From assembly GCF_018977255.1 (NCBI RefSeq), contig NW_024704743.1, forward strand, positions 76,882,001 through 76,946,000: DNA of 64,000 bases, written 5' to 3'. Every line of letters starts with the position of its first letter. The stretch's first letter is position 1. The translations under genes were made by a program, and so were the position numbers. This stretch comes from Callorhinchus milii (lineage: Eukaryota). The notes beneath the pieces were generated by a model. It made no database searches, had not been told where the DNA came from, and saw nothing but the letters and a program-made list of their open reading frames with translations. Below are positions 14,301 through 26,300 of the stretch, in pieces.

Positions 14301-17300
14301 AGAATGACATATGAAGAGCTGCATGCCACATGGAATAGCAGCTGTTGCTATGTTGCTGCAATTGGAAGAATCAAACTGTAAGGAATCACCAGAACAAGCT
14401 CTCCAAATGTTCCAAGTGAGTGACATTGTGGGTATTCCCTGATGATTGAGACTATAATCCGGGACAGAATAAATCTTCACTCAGAAGAATACAGGTTAAT
14501 TAGGGACAGCCAGCATGGATTTGTTAAACGCAAATCTAGTTAACAAATCTAATATAATTTTTCGATGAGGTAATGGAGAGGGTGGATAAAGGTAGTGCAG
14601 TTGATGTAGTTTATATGGACTTTCAAAAGGCATTTGACAAAGTGCCACATGAAAGATTTGTAAGAAAGATAGAACCCATGGTATAAAAGGGAGAGTAGCA
14701 GCATGGATCCAGAACTGGCTGGGAGACAGAAAGCAGAGAGTTGTGGTGAACGGCTACCTTTCTGACTGGAGGGAAGTGTACAGTGGCATCCCCCAGGGAT
14801 CAGTATTAGGACCACTGCTCTTCTTAATATACATAAATGATCTGGACTTGGGTATAGCAAGCACCATTTCCAAGTTTGCGGACGACACAAAGTTAGGTAG
14901 GGTGGTAAACAGTGAGAAGGATAGGAGCCAACTGCAGGAAGACATAGACAGAATGGTAAAATGGGCAGACACGTGGCAGATGAGTTTCAATGTAGAGAAA
15001 TGCAAAGTAATGCATTTTGGTAGAAAGAATGAGGGGAGGCAATATAGGCTGGTAATACAATCTTAAGGGGGGGTGAAAGAACAGAGAGACCTAGGGGTGC
15101 AGGTAAATGGATCCTTGAAGGTGGCAGGACAGGTAGATAAGGCTGTAAAAAGGGCAAATGGGATTCTAGGCTTTATAAATAGGGGCATAGAGTACAAGAG
15201 TCAGGAGGTTATGATTAACCTGTATAAAACACTGGTTAGGCCTCAGTTAGAATACTGCGCCCAGTTCTGGGCACCACACTATAGGAAGGATATTAAGGCA
15301 TTGGAAAGGGTGCAGAGGAGATTTACAAGGATGGTACCAGGAATGAGGGACCTTGATTATGAGGAAAGGCTGGAGAGGCTGGGATTATTCTCATTGGAGC
15401 AGAGAAGGTTACGAGGAGACCTAATAGAGGTCTTCAAAATCATGAGGGGATTTGATAGGTTGGAAAGGGAAAAACTGTTTCCACAGTGGGTGTGTCGGTG
15501 ACTCGAGGTCACAGATTCAAAATAGTCTCTAAAAGAAGCAGAGGGGAGATGAGAAGAAACTTTTTCACGCAGCGAGTTGTTTGAATGTGGAACGTATGGC
15601 CTGAAAGGGTGGTCAAGGCCGATTCGATAACTACTTTTAAAAACGCGGTGGACGTGTTTTCGAGGAGGACGGGTTTGCAGGGTTATGGGGAAAGGGCTGG
15701 GAAGTGGGATTGACATTAATTCCTCTATTCAAAGAGCTGGCACAGACTCAATGGGCCGAAAGGCCTCTTTTTGTGCTGTACAATTCTATGATTTCCATTC
15801 AGGAAGCACCAGATAGAAATCCCAACTAGGTCTCCATTGAGAGTGAAAGCAGCCATTCCTCAGGGGTTGGGATATAGACCAAACAAACATAGGTCTTTTG
15901 CAACTGTTCCTTCCTCCATGACTGTGTCCTGTCTACAAAAGTACCAATCCAGGATCCTAGGACCTACAATTAACAAAGCACCACAGAAGTTGAGCTTCCC
16001 ACATGCTTTCATGTTGAAAGATAGCCAAAATTTCTGCCACTGATACCCTTGATACCCAGTGATGAGACGTGAAGGAGTTCAGATTAAATAGTCCCACAGG
16101 TTGCCTTATTTAAACCTGTCAACATGGATAGCAATTCCAGCAGGCAAGTGATGCCAAGGCTGGTAAAGAGATGACTCCAGTATTTTTGATGAACACTTAT
16201 TGGAACAGTCACTGAAGTGTAATCTTTCAAACTAAGTGCTGACTCATACTGGGTTCTTACTCTGCCAGGTTCAACTGATGCTGTATAGCAGTTCCTGTGG
16301 ATGTCTAAAACCCAAAATACTGCAGATGCTGGAAATCTGAAACAAAAATAGAAGAGAGCTGGGAAAACTCAGCAGGTCAGGCAGCATCTACGGAGAAAGG
16401 AAAGCGAGTCAACGTTTCAGGTTCATGACCCTTCGTCAGAACTGGGGCATATTAGGAGGGAGAGGTTTTTTAAGGGCAAGTTTGAGAGGGGGAGGCAGGA
16501 CAAGGAAGACAAAGAAGGCAAAGGAGAGAATGTGTTAGTTGATGGGTTAAAGAGTTGATAGTGGCGTAAAACAATAGGGGGGGAGGTGAGTTGAAACGAA
16601 ACTGGGGAGAAGAGGTGTTAATGCAGAACAGGAAATGCACCAGAGAGAGACAAAGAGTGTCTCTTTGTGATGATTGTAATGATAACAGAAGATAATTCTT
16701 CTGGTAACAGAAAGAGGGGGAGGGGGGAAGGTGAGCTATTATGGTCTGAAGTGGCTGAAATCGATATTGAGGCCAGAGGGCTGTAGGGTCCCTAGCAGAT
16801 AGATAAGACGCTGTTCCTCAAGCTTTCGCTGTTGATCATTGGAACAGCATAGGAGACCATGGATGGAGAGGTCAGACTGTGAATGTGAGTGTGAGTTAAA
16901 ATGGCAGGAGACAGGAAGATCAGGGTTGACCTTACGTACAGAAAGGAGGTGTTCTGCAAATCGGTCACCCAATCTGCACTTAGCCTCCCCAATATAGACG
17001 AGACCACACCGTGAGCAGCGGATACAGTATACTACTTTGGTGGTAGTTCTGATTGGCTCGCACCAGCACCTCAGCACCGCAGACTCTGGCAGCATCAACT
17101 TCCATGGTTGCACACTTCAACTCACCAAGCCAGTCAGGAACCTAAGTGTCTTGTTCTACCCTCAACTGTCTTTTCTTCCCCACATCCAAGCCATGACCTG
17201 CTCTGCCTTCCCTCACCTCCTTAACATCGCCCGACTCTGCCACTACCTCACCCCTCAGGCCGCTGAACTCTTGTTCATGCCTTCACCATCTCCAGGCTCG

Positions 17301-20300
17301 ACTATGCAAATGCCCTGCTTGTCGGCCTTCCCAACTCCTCCCTCCACAGGCTGCAGATAATCCAGAACTCTGCAGCCCGTGTCCTCTCCCGCACCAAACA
17401 ACATCAACAACAAGATTTCATTTATAGAGCGCCTTTCACGTCGGGAGGACGTCCCAAGGCGCTGGACAGTTGGGTCGGGACCCGAGCAGGGGGGAAATGG
17501 ACAGGGTGAGGGGAGGGAAGGGAGGGAGCGAGGAGGAGTAGAGAGTCGAGAGGGGAGCTGAAGGCATGGTCGATGAGAAAGGTCTTGAGACTGGCCTTGA
17601 AGGAGGAAAGGGAGGAGGCGGCGAAGGCACTGGGGGATAGAGTTCCAGAGCCTCGGGGCTGAGAGGCTGAAGGCCCGGCCACCGATGGTAGGGCGGTTAG
17701 GGCGGGGGATGTGGAGCAGACTGGAGCCAGGGGAACGGAGGGTACGGGCAGGTACGTAGGGGGATAGTAGGTCGGAGAGGTAGGAGGGAGCAAGGCCGTG
17801 AATGGCCTTGTAGGTGAGGATGAGGATCTTGAATTCGATCCTCTGGGGGATGGGGAGCCAGTGGAGGTGAGCAAGCGTGGGAGTGATGTGGTCGCGAAGA
17901 CTGGTGCCGGACAGTACACAAGCTGCAGAGTTCTGAATGACCTGCAGCTTGTGGAGGGAGGTGCCGGGAAGGCCGGCGAAGGGAGAGTTCCCATAGTCCA
18001 GCCTTGAGGTAATAAAACTCTGTGACCCCATCTCCCCTACTCTCGCCCAACTCCATTGGCTCCCTATCCTTCAGAGGATCCAGTTCAAGATTTTGGTTCT
18101 CACCTACAAAGCCCTCCATGGCCTCGCCCCACCCTACCTCTGTGACTTCCTAATCCCCTACCAACCTACCCGCTCCCTCCACTCAGCCGGCTCCGGCCTA
18201 CTCCACGTCCCCCGACCCACCTGCCCCACCATTGGCGGGAGAGACTTCAGCCACTCTGCCCCTAACCTCTGGAATTCCAACCCCAATCATTCCGCCTCGC
18301 CCCCTCCTTAGCCTCCTTCAAGTCCCGCCTCAAAACCCTCCTCTTCGACCATGCCATCGGTCACCCCCCTTCCCCTCCCCTCCCTTCTCCCCCCGACCCC
18401 AGCTCGGGTCTGAAATGCTGTACACTGTCCAGCGCCTTGGGACGTCCTCCCAACGTGAAAGCAAATGTAATCTTGTTGTTGTAGTAGTACATGTAAACTG
18501 CTGTCTTACATGGAAGCTGTGTTTGGGGCCTTGGATAGTGGTCTGGGAGGTGAAAGGGCAGGTATTAAATCTCCTGCACTGGCATGGGAAGGTGCCAGGG
18601 GAAAGAGAGCAGCTGGTAGTGCTGACGGTAAAATGAACTAAGGAATCCCGGAGGGAACGATCCCTTTGGAATGTGGAGAGGGGAGGGAAATGTGTGTTTG
18701 GTGGATGAGTCACGCTGGAAGTGCCGGAAATATCAGAGAATAATGTACTGAATATTGAGGCTGGTGGGGTGGTAGGTGAGGACTAAGGGGACCCTATCAC
18801 CTTTCTGGGATGGGGTGGGGGGGGAAGGGGTGAGGGCAGAGGTGTGGGAAATAGGGCGGACATAGTCAAGGGCCTTGGCTATTATTGTTGACATCCATTA
18901 CTGTGGATGTCTGTCTGCTAAAGGTGGAACAGCTGTATCAGCAAGGTCCTGCCAAGTAAAGGGTCAATAATAACCAATGGAGTTGGAGATGGACATGGCA
19001 GGGACAGTTCAATACATCAATGGTCTTGACTGTTATCATCAGAAATACTAAACTCCTGACTGCACTTGGTATAGGAATTGAAATCCATCAAGTGAACAGA
19101 TATTTCAAATAATGAACTTTTAAATTCCTTGAAAAACTGACAAGACGTTTTCCAACACAGGAAAAAAAACCTGAAGCACAGTCCTGAGAACATACAATTG
19201 AGTGCAATGATCATGTCAAGGGAAACTCAGCACAGTAAGAATATAAGGAAAGCAATGCTCTAAGTTAAAGGCCAGTGCAGTATGGTTTTTTTGTTAAATA
19301 ATGGCAGTTGAGGAAAACATAGACCATAAACGAAACAACCTAAAACATTTCAAATGGTGATCTAACGGGAAGGAAATAGAAATTGTGGGAGTAATTTTGC
19401 TTTATTTAGTTTATTTATAAACATATATACAACACTGCAATATTGTATGTGTTGATACCTGTAATTCCATGTATTTACATAGATATTTTACATTGTGTGC
19501 AAGAATCCTCAAATCTGGTCTTGTCATGCTTCAAGACAATGCCAATGAACTAGGGAATGGGATCTGGGTAGTTCCTAATGGTTTAGAATTCAGATTTCCT
19601 TAGAATTAGATGTCCCTACTGCATAAACATTCATAATAAAGCAAGAGGGCTTAACCTAAGCTAATCTGATACATATGCCTCAGATCCATTGAAGCACAAC
19701 TATATCACACCACTCAACCTCTGGGAAAAGCTTGAGATTCTGGGCAAAAAATAAGAATCTGGCATCTTTTCCAGTCACATGATGGTTGTAGAAAAATCAT
19801 CAGTGAAAGAAAAATGTTTCTGAAAACCACGACTTATGAGGTGATTGGTGGAGATTCTAAAAGCACACCATATATATTATAAACTCAATGAGAATTTCAC
19901 AATGGGTCAATTTTCTTTAGTAACAACGTCTCATTTATGCCATTCAAAAAATATTATATAGAAATGTTTGGTTCCGGTATTTGGGCAAATAATAATAATA
20001 ATCCTTGAAGGATTATTATCACATTTTATCACATCTTCGAGACATCTCAAATAGAGAAATGATCTATATTTTTCTATAAAACTACACAAAATATAATAGA
20101 CAATGGGAATATTTGTCAGAAAAGGATATACGATAGCACATAACTCAATTCAACTCACTTTGTTCGATCCTCTACCCAGATGGCCAAAGTGCATATTTCT
20201 GTTACGAAAAATCATCTCACCACTAAACTTGTGCAGTTTAAAAGTCTGTGTGGGATCTTTGTACTATGGAAATCAATTGGGCTACAACGGTCTCAAGATA

Positions 20301-23300
20301 CATTTTGAATAGGCACCCTTTCTGAAGAACAGTCTGTCATAAATCAGGACCACATTAGCAATGTTACTGACACGATCCACTACCCCCTCGAGTAGTCTAA
20401 AGAAAACCCAAAGAAGTAAGTAGACAAAGTTAAGTTTTCTTACTCTGCTTATATCACATACTAAAGCCCTTGGGCCAACTCAATCGTCACAGAAAAAGAA
20501 CATGGTTGTGTACCTCTGTTCGAGTACTGTAGAATCTGTCAGGGAATCTTATTTTGCATGTATTGTAAAAGCTGTTGGCAACCTGTGCCTAGTACTTTCC
20601 GGAATTAAGTAAGCAGAATGTGTCCCTCCAGGGAGAGAGTATGCATTCAATCCCAACAAGCTCTCTCTGGAATTTCCATGCACGGGTGGAATACGTGATT
20701 TTGACACTCTTAAGCATGGTGATAGGTTTCCTCATGTGTCAGACACCTGGCTGACCACCCAATGGTGGCAAGTTCAGGAAACGCATTTCCCTAAACATGC
20801 CAGGAATCTAAGGGTTAAGACGGCAAACAATCATGTAAGTTTGTAAAAAANGTCAATTCACTTTACAGAATATCCTGTGAAGCACTTTGAGACGTCTCGA
20901 AGACGTGATAAGGCACTATATCAAATGCAAGCATTATTATTATTATTATAAGTAGGTCTCAGCTCAAGGTTTCTGGAAGAATGAACCATTTCCGGAAAAA
21001 CTTTCATGAACCTAGATATAATGGATGTCTAAATTTCTGGATGAAAACTGTTGACAGACAACTTCCTTGTGAATCTTGATACACAGCACATTGGCTAAAA
21101 TGTCTTACCAAAAACAAGTTAAACTTGTTATTGTGACATTAACATACTATTTTACAAAAACAGTATAGGGGAAATGTGCCAAATTGGTCTCCCAATCTGG
21201 GATAAAAGATTCTGCACCTTAAGAATCACTATCCAAAAAACTTCAAAAGATCCAAAAAATAAATTTTCTGAGTGACTACAGAATTAAAATCTGTTACAGA
21301 ACTAAAATGTCTTAAAGTAACACCTTGTGAATAGAAGTGAAATGAGACCAAAATATAATCTGGACTAAATTCAGGATCCATTGTTCAGTATGGTTTGAAA
21401 GCTAAAGTCCTTCAGGAACTCTGAATTTGTCTGGCTTTATGGATTCTATTTTATCTTGGAAAAGCAGATGCCCTGCTCCTTTGGGGGCAAATGTGTGCTG
21501 GGGGGGACACCAACAATGCTGAGTTATCCTATTAAAACGTAGAACAATCAATTTGAAATGAAGGATATAACTTTCCTGAACTGTCTTTATCTATCCATTG
21601 ATCATGGTATGGTCACACTTCAACTAACAGTCAAACGTAGCTACTGACAAGATTAAGTTATAAGTTACAACTCAAAGGAGGGATAGAGGAATTGGAGCCA
21701 ACAGGTAGAGGGGCATTCTTTTATGGGATTCTGTTAGTTGTTATCATCTTTGCATTTAAAATCTACCCATGAAAGCAACTCTGTCTTCTTACATCAGGGG
21801 TGCTTAATAATAATCTGGAAAGCAGAACAAGTCCCCTAAGAAGTTAGATCTGACACATTTCTAGGAATACTTAAATGTTGCAATCAAATTTGGGAGCATA
21901 AATGAGCATATTCTTCCTCCAGATGTCCAGTTCTTCAACTCTTCATTGATGACAGAGGCCTTTAGTCCCTGAAATAATTATTTGCCTTTCTTTACAGATG
22001 AAATTCTAGGAAGAAATTTGTGAAATAACAGGAACTATATACAGTATACTTTATTAGCTCTGGTAAGGCTTTGGCAAAACTGACTTTTATGCCCTTTGAG
22101 CTCAGAACATTTAAATAATAATATTTATTTTATGAATTAGTACCAGAAAGCATTTTGAAGCAATATAGGGGGCTTCACATTATTTAAAATAGAACAGCAC
22201 ACTTGGGATGGTGGGAAAACTTAATCTGGTAAAAAAATGATTATCTTAATTTCTTACTTATGGTAATCAAGCAAAACAAATTTTAGGACGAGTTAGGGAT
22301 CATAACTACAATAAAATTACTTTTATTGTGTTACAAGCCCAATGTACTTATTGGAATAAAAAGTGTAATCTGCTTTGTTTCTTTATCTATTACCTAAATG
22401 AATAACAATAACACTGCTGTGTTCACCCAAACATTACAGTCACTACATTTTACAGTATATCTCGTAAAGCACTTTGACACTTCCTCCCAATGTGAAGGGC
22501 TCTGTACCAAATACAAGGATCAATCGAGCTTGGAGAGTACTGGAGCTTGATGCAGCATAGGATGAGGGCAATGAGATTTTGGATGGTTATGGATGGATGA
22601 GGTAGGGAGACTAATTAGAAACGTCTAAATTGGAAGTAAGAAAGGTGTGCATCGTGATGTGAGATAGAGGTGAAGGTGGGTGATGTGGTGAATGTGAAGG
22701 AAATTGGTCTTGGTCAGCTGTGAGGAAGAATGGAGTGCTGAGGATTGAACTTGAAACCAAGGTTGTGAACTACTTTAATAAGATTGAGAGAAAGGTTAAT
22801 AAATTTTGAGAAAGCCAGAGGCAGAAAAGAGGAAATGTTGGTTAAAAACCAAGGAGAGTGAGCGGCTTCAGGTTTATTCATGGGAAATTTTGGCTCACCC
22901 TGGCCTTGGTGTCTGACAGGCAAGCAGACAGAACATCGGTGTTCATTGTATCAAGAGAATAGAAAAGTAGATTATGTATCATCTGCATACATGTGTAAAT
23001 TGATCCCGTGTCTGCAAACAACAGTATGAGGGAGCAGAGGACAGGGCCCGGGTGGGGGTGGAGAGAAGAGGAACCGTTAGATGAAGTGGAGGTGATGGGT
23101 CGATTACAAGACAAATTTATATTTGTAAAGCCCATTTCACATCGGGAGGATGTCCCAAAGCGTTTAACAGTACTGGCTATCCACCTAAGTTGGGAATGGA
23201 GCCATTACTGCAGTAAGTGCCGGTTCAGACTATAGCACTTGTGATACTGCATGATGCATTGTGGCAACATGTGCACAATGGCACAAAAAGGTGGACTGGA

Positions 23301-26300
23301 GAAACTTGCTGCTTTTTCAAGAAATATTCAATGCTGATGCTAAATCTGGAAGTATTGTGTGGATCACTTATGGTTTTGGCTGACAGTATAATGTCTGCAA
23401 TGCTCGGGGACATCACATAACAAGATGGTTGCTGCCAAAACAAACATCCGGATACAGAATCAGGAGCAGAAACGTTCATTATCTCTTGGTTGTATTGGAT
23501 TCAAGATCAATACTAATCAATTCTAATGGAAAGGCTGTTTGACATTGCTAAAGGAATGTATGGCAGAAGTGAGAGATTTAATTGCAGCCTAGTCTCAATC
23601 AGATAAATGCCAGTTAATTTTCAAGCCAACAACAAACACAAAACAACAAAGAGCTCTGTGAATACATTCTTAACTCCCTTGCCATTCACAGAATACAGTG
23701 CAGGCCTCTCCATCTATGCAGTGATGTCTAGACATTAGAGAATGTGGCCTCCAGTGTTCCCACAATTCAAACAATATATCCTCATTTCTCTCGACTCTTT
23801 CCTTCAGTAGGACTCAATGGAGCCCTCAAAATCAGGCATTTATTTACTTAGTTAAAACTAAGAAGGCCTCATAAGGTAAAAAACTCAAATATACAAAATT
23901 GGAACATGTATGTACTTTAATTTTAATGGAAAACCATGAACCTAGTGAGCCAGCCTTGCAGGTGTTTGCTATTCTCCCACAAACTATACAATCAATTCAC
24001 TTCACAGTACATTCTGTGAAGCGCTTTGAGACGCCTCGAAGATGTGATAAGGCGCTATTTAAAATGCAAGGATAATTATTAATCATGAAGAATGACTGGT
24101 GGATGACAAACAATAAATGCTTTATCCCAAGTCATTGGCTGCCTATTGAAAGATGATATTTTGGTCAGTATAGGTCAGCTGCATATCAATATAACAACTT
24201 ACATATGCAAATGTCATCAGATTGAGGGATAGCAACTGCTTCTCCAAATAATGAATTTGGGAAAACACAACAATTACCTAAAACTTCTATTTGATGAAAA
24301 ACTTGTCTTCCCTGAATTTCTGGAGGAGGAAGCTGCTAGCTTTCAAGTAGAGTGCATCTGTTGTTAGATTCAGCTGGTAAGTCTAAAGTGCACAAGTTGA
24401 ATTCCAGGTCTGTCCTAATTTAGCTGATCTCAATAGGGCAGTATTTGAAACATAGTAAATAAAATTTTAGATAAAGAGAGCAAAAAAAAAAGGGCAGGTT
24501 TTCCAATCTGATTTCAAACCCTATGGAAAATGTACGAGTATAGATTAATTTTGGAGGTGCGGTCCTTTCGGATTGAGATGTTAAACTGAAGAAAAACAAG
24601 CATTGGATAGTTGTAAAGAGTAGCTGGGACAAAGTGGGGTCAACATAGATAATTGGCCTGGGAAGTTGAAATCAACAGAGGGGCATCAGTAGTTATTATG
24701 TTTTCTTAAAAGTAATATAACTATACTTTCCTAGTCAGCAACAGGAATTCACTGCCAATGGGTGATTAATGGGAAAATATGTGGCACACCTCAGGGAAAA
24801 AGATCAGTTTTAAGGGTAAGTTTCTTAAATGTCTGAATAAAATCAAAATTTGTAACTAAAATTCAATGACTCACCTTTGAAACTATAGCACAAAAAATGC
24901 ATAAGGTCACAGGAAGTAGCAGAGTTTTTGTGTATCGCAAAGGAGTCTGAAAAACAATTAAAATGGTAGTTTTCATGTATTCATTAATGTATTCACAATC
25001 ATTTGGAACAACTTGATAATTATGAGAAAAGGAAATTGAATCCTGTTAGTAACAGAATAATCCCCAAAAGAACCTGACTTGCCATTCTATCTGCTGACTT
25101 CAAGCAGGTATTATTTGAGAGATTTTGAAAACACAACATGGTATCACAAGTGAGAACATAAATAGGCACTAAACGTCCAAGATAGGTTATAGTAATCTAA
25201 TGCTATTCAGGATGGAATTTGTAACTCAACAAAAGAACAAGAAACAACAAATAAATAGAACTAAGTCAGACTGCAGCAATGAATATAGTGTAAAAGAGAA
25301 CCAGAGAATGGAAATTAGCTATCTGAATTATTTTATGATCTGAGAACCAGAGGTCAATGATAGCAAGAGTTCTTACAAGGTTTTTCAGAGTATAATCGAT
25401 TAGTAATGAACTGCATCTTATATAAGAAAATGTGGAAGTATTGTTGATAGGGGATACTATTAATATTTTTTCTACACAAAGGGTGGTGAATGTTAGGCAT
25501 GATCACTAATATGGAGTTTCAAGAAGGAACTTGATATTGTTAAGATGATATGTGAGATATCAAGAGAAGGTACTTTGAAAGTGGGACTGACCAGACGCAC
25601 TCAAAGTGCCTTTTCAGGTCTTACGCATTCTTATAGCAGAGGTAGGGATGCAACCTACTCCATGAAAATAGGCTCAAAACAAATGTGTTTAGCAACAAAA
25701 TAACTTGGTTGTTTTAAATCACCTCCTTTTCCATGAAATCAAACTCCACTGCACAGCTGTACATCAGGGTATCAAAATCTTTGTAGTTTGTGAATTTAGA
25801 TTTCAGTAGGTTACTTATGTGGGCCTGAAAGAAAAGAAAAATACAAGCAGAGAAATCACACAAAGAGGCTATGCAATACAGAAAATACAATTATATTGGA
25901 AAGATAATTTGCAAAGAGTGTATTGCAGTTATTATAAATATGGGTCCATCGTGGGAAAGTCACAGCTGCAGACTATTATTGATTCTGTTGCATATCTCAA
26001 AATAATTATTTATTCACAATCTATTAATTTATGTTACAGTAATGCTGCTCAATATACCATACTTCTGGAAAGCACAACACTATATTGTTATCACCTCCAG
26101 ACCCTTTCTGCATTGGTTTCCAAGTGTGCTAAATGCATTCTGAAGCTGGTGTTTTCCCACTGTACATAAATATGATTATAATTATAAATACTTGGAAAAC
26201 ATTTGCTATACCTAACTCATAAGATTTGCAGTTTTCACATCAAATATTCCACCTCAGTAATTGGGGATTTGTATTCGATGCACTGACACAAGAGAGTAGG

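Larger units (their letters stand above)
16307..18900 (-). mobile_element. Penelope-like retroelement fragment (GIY-YIG endonuclease region), interrupted by L2 insertions
   Basis: Joining across the insert gives ...[41 protein letters not shown]...[19 protein letters not shown] 12-bp direct repeat CTGTGGATGTCT flanks it at 16295-16306 and 18901-18912. Confidence 0.88.

Noticed and set aside
14743..15501. RT-like ORFs as host genes or an active element
   Set aside because: 5'-truncated, frameshifted CR1 copy.
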